A stretch of DNA of 32,000 nucleotides from Cupriavidus necator (GCF_016127575.1 NZ_CP066019.1:2100001-2132000), one strand, 5' to 3'; positions 18,969 to 30,596 are shown, counted from the stretch's first letter. Notes: a model not told the origin generated them from the letters alone. Numbers and translations: made by a program.

Positions 18969-20312
18969 TCAGATCACGCCTTGCGCCAGCATGGCGTCGG
19001 CTACCTTGACGAAGCCGGCGATGTTCGCGCCTTCCACGTAGTTGATATAGCCATCCGCCTTCTGCCCGTGGTGGATGCAGTTCTGGTGGATGTCCTTCAT
19101 GATCGCGTGCAGCTTCTCGTCGACCTCGGCATGGTGCCAGGACAGGCGCATGGCGTTCTGCGACATTTCCAGGCCGGAAGTGGCAACGCCGCCGGCATTG
19201 CTGGCCTTGCCCGGGGCGTAGAGGATCTTCGCATCGACAAAGCGGTCCACGGCTTCCAGCGTCGACGGCATGTTGGCGCCTTCGGCCACGCAGATCACGC
19301 CATTGCCGAGCAGGGTCTCGGCGTCGTTGCCGTCCAGCTCGTTCTGGGTGGCGCACGGCAGCGCCACGTCGGCGGGCACGTGCCACGGGGTGCGGCCGGC
19401 TTCGAAGGCCATGCCGTGGCGGGCGGCAAAGTCAGACAGGCGGCCGCGCTCTTCATTCTTGAAGGCCATCACTTCGGCCAGCTGCTCGGTAGTCATGCCC
19501 TGCGGGTAGTGCAGCACGCCGCCTGAATCGGACAGCGTCAGCACCGTGGCGCCCAGCTCGATCGCCTTCTCGGCCGCGTACTGGGCCACGTTGCCCGAGC
19601 CCGAGATCAGCACGCGCAGGCCGTCGAAAGCGCGCCCGCGCCGGTGCAGCATCTCCTGCGCAAAGTAGACCGTGCCGTAGCCGGTCGCTTCCGGGCGCAT
19701 CAGGCTGCCGCCGTAGGCCAGGCCCTTGCCGGTGAAGACGCAGGCGGACTGGTTGGAAAGCTTCTTCATCATGCCGGCCATAAAGCCGACTTCACGTGCG
19801 CCCACGCCGATGTCGCCGGCCGGGATGTCGGTATCCGGGCCCAGGTGGCGGAACAGCTCGGTCACCAGCGCCTGGCAGAAACGCATCACTTCGCCATCGG
19901 ACTTGCCCTTGGGATCAAAGTCCGAGCCGCCCTTGCCGCCGCCCATGGGCAGCGTGGTCAGCGCGTTCTTGAAGGTCTGCTCGAAGCCCAGGAACTTCAG
20001 CACCGACAGGTTCACAGTCGGGTGGAAGCGCATGCCGCCCTTGAACGGGCCGATGGCCGAGCTGTGCTGCACGCGGAAGGCGCGGTTGACCTGCACCCGG
20101 TTCTGGTCGTCGGTCCAGGCCACGCGGAACTGGATCACGCGCTCGGGCTCCACCAGCCGCTCGAGCAGGGCCTGGTCGGCGTAGCGCGGATTGCGCTCGA
20201 CAAAGGGCCAGAGCGTCATCATCACTTCCTTCACGGCCTGGAGGAATTCAGGTTGATTGGGGTCGCGGCGGGCAACCCCCGCCAGGAATGCGTCAAGGGA
20301 GGGAGAATTCAC
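18969..20312 (-). CDS. gdhA: NADP-specific glutamate dehydrogenase (447 aa from GTG 20312; alternative ATG 20432 gives 487 aa)
   Basis: RDPNQPEFLQAVKEVMMTLWPFVERNPRY, GGGKGGSDFDPKGKSDGEVMRFCQ and the GSGNVAQYAAEK Rossmann motif. The GTG start gives the canonical hexameric-GDH length. The 40-codon extension is Pro/Thr/Gln-rich with poorer GC3. Confidence 0.9.
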   Translation of the reverse strand: MNSPSLDAFLAGVARRDPNQPEFLQAVKEVMMTLWPFVERNPRYADQALLERLVEPERVIQFRVAWTDDQNRVQVNRAFRVQHSSAIGPFKGGMRFHPTVNLSVLKFLGFEQTFKNALTTLPMGGGKGGSDFDPKGKSDGEVMRFCQALVTELFRHLGPDTDIPAGDIGVGAREVGFMAGMMKKLSNQSACVFTGKGLAYGGSLMRPEATGYGTVYFAQEMLHRRGRAFDGLRVLISGSGNVAQYAAEKAIELGATVLTLSDSGGVLHYPQGMTTEQLAEVMAFKNEERGRLSDFAARHGMAFEAGRTPWHVPADVALPCATQNELDGNDAETLLGNGVICVAEGANMPSTLEAVDRFVDAKILYAPGKASNAGGVATSGLEMSQNAMRLSWHHAEVDEKLHAIMKDIHQNCIHHGQKADGYINYVEGANIAGFVKVADAMLAQGVI

Positions 20313-20620
20313 GGATGTCTCTTGCTGTGCTGGAGTGGCTGGATCCGGCAGCCTTGCCGGCTTGGTGCCGGTCTGTGGTGCCGTCTGGCGTTGCGCCGAT
20401 GGAAGGTGGGTGGCCTCCGGTTGTCCGCACATTCACGGCGGGGCCGTGCCTGTCGGACAATGCAGCACTTTAGCACCAGCGTGGGGCACACGACAGTCAA
20501 AACACCTGTGACAGCGGCGTGAAAGCCGCATTTTAGTGCATCAGGCGGGGATTTCCGTGCGATCAGCGGACAGCGCCGCGCCGCCTTTGGGAATCCGACT
20601 GGGGCGGACGCTCTGGGCCT

Positions 20621-21376
20621 TCAGGCGATGAGCAGCTTGGCGCCCCGCTCCTTGAGCGCCGCGGCCAGTTCCGGCTCCGGCGCCATGTCCGTAATCAGCC
20701 AGGCAGCCAGGTCGAAATGCTTGATGGTCACGCCGGTATTGCGGCCGAACTTGGTATGGTCAGCCACCACGCAGGCCACGTCGGCGGCCAGCAGCATGCG
20801 GCTGCGCAGTTCCGCCGCGGCGCGGGAGAAGTCGCAGATCTCGCCGCGCGGCGTGACGCCGCCGATGCCGACAAAGGCAAAGTCGGTGTGGTAGCGCGAC
20901 AGCTGTTCGATGGTGTCCCAGCCGTGCGTGGCGTCTTCGTTGTCCTGCAGCTCCCCGCCCAGCACGATCACCCGGTTGCCGTTGCGCCGGCCCAGCAGCT
21001 GGGCGATGGCAAGGTCGTTGGTGTAGACCAGCAGGTTGTGGTGGCCATGCAGCGCCTGCGCCACCGCGTGGGTGGTGGTGCCGTAGTCCAGGATCAGCGA
21101 GGCGCCGTCGCGCACCAGCTCGGCGGCGCGCACGCCGATCGCGCGCTTGCCTTCGGCATTGACCGCGGCGCGGGTCTGGGTATCGGGCTCGGTGCGGTCA
21201 GAAGCCAGCGCGCCGCCGTGGGTCAGCACCAGCAGGCCACGGGCGGCCAGCGCGTTGAGGTCGCGCCGGACGGTCTCGCGCGAGACGTCGAGCTCGGTCA
21301 CCAGTTCGCTGATAGCCAGCGCGCCGGTGGCGGAGAGCTGGTCGAGGATGTATTTCTGCCGTTGTTCGGCGAGCAC
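20621..21376 (-). CDS. DeoR/GlpR-family transcriptional regulator (251 aa, GTG start)
   Basis: N-terminal HTH (ERQKYILDQLSATGALAISELVTELDVSRETVRRDLNAL) plus a DeoR C-terminal sensor domain. CGGAG RBS lies 5 nt before the GTG at 21376. Confidence 0.9.
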   Translation of the reverse strand: MLAEQRQKYILDQLSATGALAISELVTELDVSRETVRRDLNALAARGLLVLTHGGALASDRTEPDTQTRAAVNAEGKRAIGVRAAELVRDGASLILDYGTTTHAVAQALHGHHNLLVYTNDLAIAQLLGRRNGNRVIVLGGELQDNEDATHGWDTIEQLSRYHTDFAFVGIGGVTPRGEICDFSRAAAELRSRMLLAADVACVVADHTKFGRNTGVTIKHFDLAAWLITDMAPEPELAAALKERGAKLLIA

Positions 21377-21449
21377 GGTGACTCCGGAAGCGTCAGGGAC
21401 TGGGGGCTGATTCTAGCGCAGCGGGTGCTGCGGTGTGCCAAGGACCATG

Positions 21450-21475
21450 CCCCTCTCCCGCTTGCGGGAGAGGGG
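21450..21475. repeat. REP-like palindrome, copy 3
   Basis: CCCCTCTCCCGC-TT-GCGGGAGAGGGG, perfect 12-nt arms, 35 nt past the phnY stop. Confidence 0.85.
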
Positions 21476-21509
21476 CCAAACCAGCGACAGATTCATTTCC
21501 CCCGGTGCT

Positions 21510-22973
21510 TCACGCCCACGGCAACGTCACCGTCTTCAGGTTGGTAAAGCTCTTGGCCGCCTCCTGCACGCCTTCCTTATAGCCCAGCCCCGAATCCTTG
21601 ATGCCCCCAAACGGCGTCAGTTCGATGCGGTAGCCCGGCACTTCCCAAAGATTGACCGTGCCCACATGCAGCGAGTTGGCGATTTTGGTGAAGGCCTCGA
21701 TATTGTTGGTGCACACGCCGGAAGACAGCCCGAACGCGGTCCCGTTGGAAATCCGGATGGCGTCATCGACATCGCGGAAGGTAATGATCGGCGACACCGG
21801 CCCGAACGTCTCCTCGCGCACCACCGTCATCGACGGGTCCACGCGGTCGATCACGGTCGGCGAATAGCTGGCACCGTTGCGGTGGTTGCCCACCAGCAGG
21901 CGCGCGCCGTGCGCTACCGCTTCATTGACGCGCGCCTCGAACAGCATCGCGGCCTGCTCGTCGATCACCGTGCCCATGTCCACGCCGCGATCCATCGGGT
22001 CGCCGTATTTCCAAGCGCGCGTCTTCTCGACCACCAGTTCGGTAAAGCGCGCGGCGACGGCCTCATGCACCAGCATGCGCTTGACCGCGGTGCAGCGCTG
22101 GCCCGAGTTCTTGTAGGAGCCCTGCACCGCCAGGTCCGAAGCGCGGTCCAGGTCGGCATCGTCCAGCACGATCAGCGGGTCGTTGCCGCCCAGCTCCAGC
22201 ACCACGCGCTTGTAGCCGGCCTTGCTGGCAATGTACTTGCCGATCGCCACGCCGCCGGTAAAGGTCACCAGGTCCACGGCGGGGTGCGTGATCAGCTCGT
22301 CGGCGATCTCGCGCGGGTCGCCGGTGATCACCTGCAGCATCTGCGGCGGCAGGCCGGCTTCATACAGCAGGTCGGCCAGGTAGAACGCCGACAACGGCAC
22401 CTTCTCCGACGGCTTGAGCACCATGCGGTTGTTGGTGGCGATCGACGGCGCCACCTTGTGCGCCACCTGGTTCATCGGGTGGTTGAACGGCGTGATGGCG
22501 CAGATCACGCCCAGCAGCGGCTCGCGCTGGGTCATCACGCGGCGCTTCTTGCCGTGCGGGGTCAGGTCGCACGAGAACAGCTGGCCATCGTCGCGCAGCG
22601 CCTCGGTGGCGGCAAAGCCAAGCACGTCGGCGACGCGGCCGATCTCATACAGCGAATCCTTCTTGGACAGGCCGGATTCCAGCGTGATCAGGTCCGACGC
22701 TTCTTCAGTGCGCTCACGCAGCAGCGCGGCGGCGCGGTTCAGGATGGCGGCGCGCTCATAGCGCGTCAGCGTGGAGCGGTAGGCCTGGCCCACTTCGAAG
22801 GCACGGCGCACATCGTCAAGCGTGGCCTTGGGCACGGTGCCGACCAGAGTGCCGTCATACGGGTTGCGCACTTCGATCATGCGCTCGCGCACGATCTTCT
22901 GGCCGTCGATGCGCAGGGCCTCGGCGCGGAAATGGGGGCTGACGGCGCCAGCGGGGAATTGGGGGGCGTTCAT
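21510..22973 (-). CDS. phnY: phosphonoacetaldehyde dehydrogenase (ALDH superfamily, PhnY type, 487 aa)
   Basis: ALDH motifs (ITPFNHP, LELGGND, catalytic Cys in [11 protein letters not shown]). Lies directly downstream of phosphonoacetate hydrolase within a phn locus. GGAGGAG RBS before the ATG at 22973. Confidence 0.8.
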   Translation of the reverse strand: MNAPQFPAGAVSPHFRAEALRIDGQKIVRERMIEVRNPYDGTLVGTVPKATLDDVRRAFEVGQAYRSTLTRYERAAILNRAAALLRERTEEASDLITLESGLSKKDSLYEIGRVADVLGFAATEALRDDGQLFSCDLTPHGKKRRVMTQREPLLGVICAITPFNHPMNQVAHKVAPSIATNNRMVLKPSEKVPLSAFYLADLLYEAGLPPQMLQVITGDPREIADELITHPAVDLVTFTGGVAIGKYIASKAGYKRVVLELGGNDPLIVLDDADLDRASDLAVQGSYKNSGQRCTAVKRMLVHEAVAARFTELVVEKTRAWKYGDPMDRGVDMGTVIDEQAAMLFEARVNEAVAHGARLLVGNHRNGASYSPTVIDRVDPSMTVVREETFGPVSPIITFRDVDDAIRISNGTAFGLSSGVCTNNIEAFTKIANSLHVGTVNLWEVPGYRIELTPFGGIKDSGLGYKEGVQEAAKSFTNLKTVTLPWA

Positions 22974-23015
22974 AAGTCTCCTCCGGTCAACACGGTTCGG
23001 TACGGCTCGATGCAC

Positions 23016-24338
<1,323 letters not shown>

Positions 24339-25049
24339 TCAGGCAGCGGCGCCCTTGTCGGCGCTGGCCGGGTCCACCGCGGCATGCATGCGGGCGCGGC
24401 CACGCTCCACGTGCTCGCGCATCAGGCGCGCGGCCAGTTCGCCGTCGCGCGCGGCAATCGCCGAGACGATGGCGCGGTGCTCGCGGGTGGAGTCGGGCAT
24501 GGCGGCGTGGCTGCCGGACAGCGCTTCGCGCCGGAACAGCGTCAGTTCCTTGACCAGGCGCCGGTAGGTATCCAGCAGCTTGCGGTTGCCGGCCAGTTCG
24601 ACCATGCGGTCGTGGAACTCCAGGTTCAGCCGCGTGTATTCATCGACATCGCGCGCCTGGCTGGCGACGCCCAGCGATTCCACCAGCGCGCGCAGTTCGC
24701 GCAGGCCCTCGGGCGTGATGCGGGCGGCCAGCTGGCGGCCGATGAACTCATCCAGCACGGCGCGCAGCTCATAGATCTCATCGGCTTCTTCCACCGAGAT
24801 GGCGCGCACGAACACGCCGCGGTTCTTCTCGGTGCGCAGCAGGCCGGCCTGCTCCAGCGCCCGGAAGGCTTCCCGCACCGGTCCGCGCGACACATTGAGC
24901 TGCCCTGCCACCTCGATCTCATTGAGCTTGGCGCCGGGGGGCAGGTCGCCCGACATGATCCGCAGTTCCAGTTCGCGCTGCACCAGGGTGGCCAGGGACT
25001 GGCTCTGCAGGATGGTGATTTCGCTCGCCAGCGGTGCTTGGCGTGACAT
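24339..25049 (-). CDS. phnR: GntR-family (FCD-domain) regulator associated with phosphonate utilisation (236 aa)
   Basis: wHTH LPPGAKLNEIEVAGQLNVSRGPVREAFRALEQAGLL plus a helical FCD domain. First gene of the phnR-phnA-phnY string and divergent from phnS. GGGAG RBS before the ATG at 25049. Confidence 0.82.
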   Translation of the reverse strand: MSRQAPLASEITILQSQSLATLVQRELELRIMSGDLPPGAKLNEIEVAGQLNVSRGPVREAFRALEQAGLLRTEKNRGVFVRAISVEEADEIYELRAVLDEFIGRQLAARITPEGLRELRALVESLGVASQARDVDEYTRLNLEFHDRMVELAGNRKLLDTYRRLVKELTLFRREALSGSHAAMPDSTREHRAIVSAIAARDGELAARLMREHVERGRARMHAAVDPASADKGAAA

Positions 25050-25070
25050 GAAAACTCCCGTTTGTGAGGG

Positions 25071-25080
25071 ATTGCGCAAT
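25071..25080. promoter_or_regulatory. perfect 10-bp palindrome ATTGCGCAAT in the predicted phnR leader
   Basis: Self-complementary. Lies between the predicted phnR -10 (25100-25105) and the start codon (25049). Confidence 0.25.
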
Positions 25081-25099
25081 ATCGAAAATCCTTATTGCC

Positions 25100-25128
25100 A
25101 TTAAAGCAAGCGGTTTGTATATTGTCAA
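25100..25128 (-). promoter_or_regulatory. sigma70-type promoter of phnR
   Basis: Reverse complement reads TTGACA-17 nt-TTTAAT, about 50 nt upstream of the phnR ATG. Confidence 0.45.
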
Positions 25129-25131
25129 CAA
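25122..25131. promoter_or_regulatory. candidate GntR-type operator TTGT-ca-ACAA overlapping the phnR -35
   Basis: Inverted repeat with the GT...AC core typical of GntR-family operators. It overlaps TTGACA at 25123-25128. Confidence 0.3.
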
Positions 25132-25200
25132 TCAAGACATCGATGTGGCGCGGATGGTGACGCACGGAGCGCGAAAACCCAGGCATATGTCTTGCAAGTG

Positions 25201-25211
25201 TTGTAGCACAA
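25201..25211. promoter_or_regulatory. candidate GntR/FadR-type operator TTGT-agc-ACAA upstream of phnS
   Basis: Fits the t.GT-N3-AC.a pattern. It sits next to the 8-bp palindrome CTTGCAAG (25191-25198) and upstream of a possible extended -10 (TGaTTCAAT, 25223-25231). Confidence 0.3.
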
Positions 25212-25312
25212 GGGTTTCACGGTGATTCAATGTTGTGCAGCACGCCCTATGGCAATGCAACATATTCACCAAATTGACACATATCTCCACCTACAATGCC
25301 AGAAGGAGTCCC

Positions 25313-26347
25313 ATGCAACCGTCCTTCACTTCCACCCTGCGCACCGCCGCCGCCCTGCTTGCGCTAGCCGCCTCCGGCACGGCGCTGGCCCAGAAGACCA
25401 CCCTCACCGTCTACACGGCGTGGGAGATCGAGACCCTCAAGCCGTACGCCGAGGGCTTTGCCAAGGTGGCGCCCGATATCGAACTGAAGTACGTGCGCGA
25501 CTCCACCGGCGTCATCACCGCCAAGGCGCTCGCCGAAAAAGGCAACCCGCAGGCCGACGTGATCGCCGGGCTGGCTGCGTCGAGCCTGGAACTGCTCAAG
25601 CAGGAAGGGATGCTGGCGCCCTACTCGCCCAAGGGCTTCGAGAAACTGACGCGCGACTACAGCGACAAGGCCACGCCGCCGTCCTGGGTGGGGCTGGACG
25701 TCTGGGGCGCCACCATCTGCTTCAACACCATCGAAGCCAAGAAGCGCAACCTGCCGCGCCCCGAGACCTGGAAGGACCTGGCCAAGCCCGTCTACAAGGG
25801 CACCATCGTGATGCCCAACCCGGCCTCTTCCGGCACCGGCTTCCTGGACGTGACCGCCTGGCTGCAGCTCTATGGCGAGCAGGATGGCTGGAAGTACATG
25901 GATGCACTGCACGAGAACATCGCCCAGTACACCCATTCGGGCTCCAAGCCATGCAAGCAGGCCGGCTCTGGTGAGTTCCCGATCGGCATCTCGTTCGAGC
26001 TGCGCGCGCACAAGACGCTGGCCTCGGGCGCGCCGATCGAGATGATCTTCCCCAAGGAAGGCCTGGGCTACGACATCGAGGCTGCCGGCATCGTCAAGGG
26101 CACCAAGAAAATGGAAGCCGCGCAGCGCTACATGGACTGGCTGGCCAGCAAGGAGGCCAACCAGCTGTTTGCCAAGGACTGGGCCATCGTCGCCTATCCG
26201 GGCGTGGCGAGGAAGATCGAGACCATCCCGGCCAACTACGAGCAGATGCTGGTCAAGAACGATTTCAGCCATATCGCCAAGAACCGTGAGCGCGTGCTGG
26301 CCGAGTGGCAGAAGCGCTATGCCAGCAAGTCGGAGAAGCAGCCCTGA
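25313..26347 (+). CDS. phnS: 2-aminoethylphosphonate ABC transporter, periplasmic substrate-binding protein (344 aa)
   Basis: AAGGAG RBS. Signal peptide MQPSFTSTLRTAAALLALAASGTALA. Iron(III)/AEP-type SBP fold pattern. First gene of the transporter-phnW operon. Confidence 0.82.
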   Translation: MQPSFTSTLRTAAALLALAASGTALAQKTTLTVYTAWEIETLKPYAEGFAKVAPDIELKYVRDSTGVITAKALAEKGNPQADVIAGLAASSLELLKQEGMLAPYSPKGFEKLTRDYSDKATPPSWVGLDVWGATICFNTIEAKKRNLPRPETWKDLAKPVYKGTIVMPNPASSGTGFLDVTAWLQLYGEQDGWKYMDALHENIAQYTHSGSKPCKQAGSGEFPIGISFELRAHKTLASGAPIEMIFPKEGLGYDIEAAGIVKGTKKMEAAQRYMDWLASKEANQLFAKDWAIVAYPGVARKIETIPANYEQMLVKNDFSHIAKNRERVLAEWQKRYASKSEKQP

Positions 26348-26435
26348 GCGCCTGAGCGCCGTCCTGTACCGGCGCCCTCGCCCCCTGGGGCAGAGGACGC
26401 CGGGTCCCCCAACAGAACCCACCGGGCCCCACGCC

Positions 26436-27548
26436 ATGCAGACCTCCCCATCCACGGCCGAGACCTACCTCAGCCTGAAAGGCATCCACAAGCGCTTCGG
26501 CGGCAGCAGCGGCGCCTTCGTCGCACTCCACAATATCGACCTGGACGTGCGCCAGGGCGAGCTGCTGTGCTTCCTGGGCCCGTCGGGCTGCGGCAAGACC
26601 ACGCTGCTGCGCATCATCGCCGGACTGGAATCGCAGAGCGCCGGCACCATCCGCCAGGGCGGGCGCGACATCTCCACGCTGCCGCCGATGGAGCGCGACT
26701 ACGGCATCGTGTTCCAGTCCTACGCGCTGTTCCCCAACCTGACGGTGGCGGACAACGTGGCCTACGGCCTGGTCAACCGCCGCATGCCGCGTGACCAGCG
26801 CCGCGCCCGCGTGGATGAGCTGCTGACGCTGGTGGGGCTGCCCGAGCGCGGCAACCAGTACCCGGCGCAGCTGTCCGGCGGACAGCAGCAGCGCGTGGCG
26901 ATTGCGCGCGCGCTGGCCACCTCACCCGGCCTGCTGTTGCTGGATGAGCCGCTGTCCGCGCTCGATGCCCGTGTGCGGGTGCGGCTGCGCAGCGAGATCC
27001 GCGCGCTGCAGCAACGGCTGAACATCACCACCATCCTGGTCACGCACGACCAGGAAGAGGCATTGTCGATGGCCGACCGCATCGTGGTGATGAACCAGGG
27101 CGCGATCGAGCAGGTGGGCACGCCGGCGCAGATCTACCAGCGCCCGGCCACGCCGTTCGCCGCGGACTTCGTCGGCAAGACCAATATGCTGGGCGCGCGC
27201 GTCTGCGGCGACGGCGAGCTGCACCTGGGCGGCGTGCGCATGCGCTGCGCCGCGCCCCCGGGCTGTTGCGCCGACGAGGACGTGCAGGTGTTCTTCCGCC
27301 CCGAAGACGTATGCGTGCGCGGAATCGAACAGCATGGCCCCAACGTGCTGGAGGCCACCGTGGACAAGATCGAGTTCCTCGGCGCGTTCTCGCGGCTGAC
27401 GCTGCGCCTGCCTGACGCAGCGTCCGGCGCCCTGTACGCGGACCTCTCCCTCAATGACCTGCACGAGCTGCGCCCGAACACCGGCGACCTGCTGCGCCTG
27501 GCCATTCCCGCTGACCGTATCCGCATTTTCCGCCACGCATGCGCATGA
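26436..27548 (+). CDS. phnT: 2-aminoethylphosphonate ABC transporter, ATP-binding protein (370 aa)
   Basis: Walker A GPSGCGKTT, signature LSGGQQQRVAIARAL, Walker B LLLLDEPLSALD, and a C-terminal TOBE-like regulatory domain. The start has no obvious SD sequence. Confidence 0.85.
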   Translation: MQTSPSTAETYLSLKGIHKRFGGSSGAFVALHNIDLDVRQGELLCFLGPSGCGKTTLLRIIAGLESQSAGTIRQGGRDISTLPPMERDYGIVFQSYALFPNLTVADNVAYGLVNRRMPRDQRRARVDELLTLVGLPERGNQYPAQLSGGQQQRVAIARALATSPGLLLLDEPLSALDARVRVRLRSEIRALQQRLNITTILVTHDQEEALSMADRIVVMNQGAIEQVGTPAQIYQRPATPFAADFVGKTNMLGARVCGDGELHLGGVRMRCAAPPGCCADEDVQVFFRPEDVCVRGIEQHGPNVLEATVDKIEFLGAFSRLTLRLPDAASGALYADLSLNDLHELRPNTGDLLRLAIPADRIRIFRHACA

Positions 27549-29353
27549 GCCTCACTGCGGCGCCGGCCAATACGTCTGCCACCATGCCGGCCACCGATAC
27601 CATCCCCGCTCCCGCCACCAGCGGGCCGGCCGGGCCTGCCAACCCTGGCGCGCAACCCGCCCCGCCGGCCGTGGTCGCAACCGCCGTGCGCGCGCACTGG
27701 ACCGACCGCCTCGCCCACGTGCTGCTGGCGCTGGCCGCGCTGGCGCTCGCCTGCTTCGTGCTGGCGCCGATCGTGATGATCCTGGCCAAGAGCGTGCAGA
27801 ACCGCGACGGCAGCCTGGCCGGCATCGCGCACTTCCGCGCGTATTTCGAGTCGCCCGCGCTGCTGCGCTCGGTGTGGAACAGCCTGTGGGTCTCTGCCCT
27901 GGCCACCTGCATCACCCTGCCGCTGGCATTCAGCTTTGCCTATGCGCTGACGCGCAGCCGCATCGCCTGCAAGGGCCTGCTGCGCAACCTGGCGCTGATC
28001 CCGCTGCTGGCGCCATCGCTGCTGGCGGCGATCTCCTTCATCTTCTGGTTCGGCAACCAGGGGCTGTTCAAGCCGTGGATGGGCAGCACCCAGATCTACG
28101 GGCCGCTGGGCATCGTGGCCTCGCTGGTGTTCGCCACCTTCCCGCATGCGCTGATGATCCTGATCACCGCGCTGTCGCTGACCGACGCGCGGCTGTACGA
28201 GGCGGCCGATGCGCTGGGCACCTCGACCGTGCGCAAGTTCTTCACCATCACCGTGCCGGGCGCGCGCTACGGCCTGGTCAGCGCGGCCATGGTGGTGTTC
28301 ACCTATGCGATCTCGGACTTCGGCATCCCCAAGGTGATCGGCGGCAATTTCCATATGCTGGCCACCGACATCTACAAGCTGGTGATCGGCATGCAGGACT
28401 TCTCGCAGGGCGCGGTGGTGTCGCTGATGCTGCTGGTGCCGGTGGCCGTCACCTACTGTGTCGATGCGCGCGTGCAGCGCCGCCAGATGGCGCTGATGTC
28501 GGCACGCTCGGTGCCCTACGTGCCGCGCCGCAGCCGCCGCTTCGACCTGGCCATGGCGATGTTCTGCTGGCTGATGGCGGCGTTGATGCTGGCGGTGATG
28601 GGCATGGCGATCTACGCGTCCTTCGTCAAGCTGTGGCCGTACAACTTCTCGCTGTCGCTGAACCACTACCGGGTGGGGCTGGTCGAGGGCGGCGTGGTCG
28701 ATTCCTACCTGAACAGCCTGCGCATGGCGGGACTGGCCGCGGTGATCGGGCCGGTGTTCATCTTCGCCACCGCCTACCTGCTGGAGAAGACCCGCGGCAT
28801 GGACTGGCTGCGCAGCTTCGTGCGGCTGATGGCGGTGCTGCCGATGGGCGTGCCCGGGCTGGTGCTGGGCCTGGGCTACATCTTCTTCTTCGTGCCGCAG
28901 GCCAACCCGATGCACGGGCTGTACCAGACGCTGGGGATCCTGGTGCTGGTGACCATCGTCCACTATTACGCGTCCTGCCACCTGACGGCGGTCACCGCGC
29001 TCAAGCAGCTCGACAGCGAGTTCGAGGCCGTGTCCGCATCGCTCAAGGTGCCGTTCTACAAGACCTTCTTCAAGGTCACGGTGCCGGCCTGCCTGCCGGC
29101 CATCCTGGAGATCTCGCGCTACCTGTTCATCAATGCGATGACTACGGTCTCCGCAGTGGTGTTCCTGTACGGCGCCGACACCAAGCTGGCCTCGGTCGAG
29201 ATCGTCAACCTGGATGAATCCGGCGACATCGGCCCCGCGGCGGCAATGGCGACGCTGGTGGTGCTGACCTCGGCCTTCGCCTGCCTGCTCTATTACCTGC
29301 TGCAACGCGTGCTCGATTGCAAGACCCAGGCCTGGCGCCAGGGCAACGACTGA
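27539..29353 (+). CDS. phnU: 2-aminoethylphosphonate ABC transporter, fused double permease (604 aa; alternative ATG 27545 forms an ATGA overlap with the phnT stop)
   Basis: About 12 TM helices in two permease halves. Overlaps phnT by 10 nt (or 4 nt from the alternative start), suggesting translational coupling. Confidence 0.85.
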   Translation: MRMSLTAAPANTSATMPATDTIPAPATSGPAGPANPGAQPAPPAVVATAVRAHWTDRLAHVLLALAALALACFVLAPIVMILAKSVQNRDGSLAGIAHFRAYFESPALLRSVWNSLWVSALATCITLPLAFSFAYALTRSRIACKGLLRNLALIPLLAPSLLAAISFIFWFGNQGLFKPWMGSTQIYGPLGIVASLVFATFPHALMILITALSLTDARLYEAADALGTSTVRKFFTITVPGARYGLVSAAMVVFTYAISDFGIPKVIGGNFHMLATDIYKLVIGMQDFSQGAVVSLMLLVPVAVTYCVDARVQRRQMALMSARSVPYVPRRSRRFDLAMAMFCWLMAALMLAVMGMAIYASFVKLWPYNFSLSLNHYRVGLVEGGVVDSYLNSLRMAGLAAVIGPVFIFATAYLLEKTRGMDWLRSFVRLMAVLPMGVPGLVLGLGYIFFFVPQANPMHGLYQTLGILVLVTIVHYYASCHLTAVTALKQLDSEFEAVSASLKVPFYKTFFKVTVPACLPAILEISRYLFINAMTTVSAVVFLYGADTKLASVEIVNLDESGDIGPAAAMATLVVLTSAFACLLYYLLQRVLDCKTQAWRQGND

Positions 29354-29394
29354 CCTTTCCCCTGTTTCCACTCCTTCCCAATCAGGAGCTCATC

Positions 29395-30528
29395 ATGATT
29401 CGCGGCAACGACCCGATCCTTCTGACCCCCGGTCCCCTGACCACCTCGCTCGCCACCAAGCAGGCCATGCTGCGCGACTGGGGCTCGTGGGACGCCGCCT
29501 TCAACGCCATCACGCGCAGCCTGTGCGACGACCTGGTGCGCATCGTCCACGGCGAAGGCACCCATGTGTGCGTGCCGATGCAGGGCAGCGGCACGTTCTC
29601 GGTGGAGGCCGCCATCGCCAACGTGGTGCCGCGCGACGGCAAGGTGCTGGTGCCGCAGAACGGCGCCTATTGCCAGCGCATCCTCAAGATCTGCAAGGTG
29701 CTTGGCCGCGCCAGCGTGGAACTGCCGATCCCCGAAGACCAGCCCGCCACCGCCGCGCTGATAGAAGAGGCCATCCGGCGCGACCCGTCGATCACGCACG
29801 TGGCGCAGGTGCACTGCGAGACCGGCGCCGGCGTGCTCAACCCGCTGCAGGAAATCGCCGCGCTGTGCCAGCGGCTGGGCAAGGGGCTGATCGTCGACGC
29901 GATGAGCTCGTTCGGCGCGATCGAGATCGACGCCCGCACCATGCCGTTCGACGCGCTGGTGGCCGCCACCGGCAAGTGCATCGAGGGCGTGCCGGGCATG
30001 GGCTTCGTGCTGGTGAAGAAAGACGTGCTGGAAGCCAGCCAGGGCAACAGCCACTCGCTGGCGCTGGACCTGTACGACCAGTACGTCTACATGCAGAAGA
30101 CCACGCAGTGGCGCTTCACGCCGCCCACGCACGTGGTGGCGGCGTTCCGCACCGCGCTCGACCAGTTCCTGGAAGAAGGCGGCCAGCCGGTGCGCGGCGC
30201 GCGCTACCGCAGGAACTGCGACGCGCTGGTGCAGGGCATGGCCGCACTCGGCTTCCGCGCCTTCCTGCCGGCGGCGGTGCAGGCGCCGATCATCGTCACC
30301 TTCCATGCGCCGGCCGACGCGCGCTATGACTTCAAGACCTTCTACGCCAGGGTGCGCGAGCGCGGCTACATCCTGTATCCGGGCAAGCTGACGCAGATGG
30401 AGACCTTCCGCGTCGGGTGCATTGGTGCGATCGACGACAACGAGATGCGCAATGTGGTGACGGCGATTGGCGAGGTGCTGCGCGAGATGGGGATCAAGAT
30501 GCAGGCGCCGCTGGCAGAAGCGGCTTGA
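29395..30528 (+). CDS. phnW: 2-aminoethylphosphonate--pyruvate transaminase (377 aa)
   Basis: CAGGAG RBS. Class-V aminotransferase with the PhnW-like N-terminus [28 protein letters not shown] and PLP-lysine region GKCIEGVPG. Confidence 0.88.
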   Translation: MIRGNDPILLTPGPLTTSLATKQAMLRDWGSWDAAFNAITRSLCDDLVRIVHGEGTHVCVPMQGSGTFSVEAAIANVVPRDGKVLVPQNGAYCQRILKICKVLGRASVELPIPEDQPATAALIEEAIRRDPSITHVAQVHCETGAGVLNPLQEIAALCQRLGKGLIVDAMSSFGAIEIDARTMPFDALVAATGKCIEGVPGMGFVLVKKDVLEASQGNSHSLALDLYDQYVYMQKTTQWRFTPPTHVVAAFRTALDQFLEEGGQPVRGARYRRNCDALVQGMAALGFRAFLPAAVQAPIIVTFHAPADARYDFKTFYARVRERGYILYPGKLTQMETFRVGCIGAIDDNEMRNVVTAIGEVLREMGIKMQAPLAEAA

Positions 30529-30566
30529 CCCCTTGAGCATCTTCACCTCACTCGCCTAGCAGCAGG

Positions 30567-30596
30567 CTCCCCTCTCCCGCGAGCGGGAGAGGGGAG
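30567..30596. repeat. REP-like palindrome, copy 4
   Basis: CTCCCCTCTCCCGC-GA-GCGGGAGAGGGGAG, perfect 14-nt arms, 39 nt past the phnW stop. Confidence 0.85.

Noticed and set aside
20461-20540. Sigma54-like -24/-12 elements upstream of gdhA (reverse complement TGGTGC-taaag-TGCT and ATGCAC-taaaa-TGC)
   Set aside because: In the first, the GG to GC spacing is one nucleotide short of the canonical TGGCAC-N5-TTGC. The second lacks the GG dinucleotide.
25115-25128. Pho box in the phn control region (TTGTATA TTGTCAA direct repeats)
   Set aside because: The two 7-mers are directly adjacent (period 7), not spaced at the 11-bp period of PhoB boxes, and they match CTGTCAT only partially.
25094-25256. 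Distant inverted 8-mers ATTGCCAT (25094-25101) and ATGGCAAT (25249-25256)
   Set aside because: A single 8-bp match across about 150 bp in an A/T-enriched spacer is within chance expectation, and no further pairing extends it.
25274-25297. TTGACA ... TACAAT as the phnS promoter
   Set aside because: The hexamers are only 12 nt apart. The implied TSS would also fall inside the phnS ribosome-binding site.
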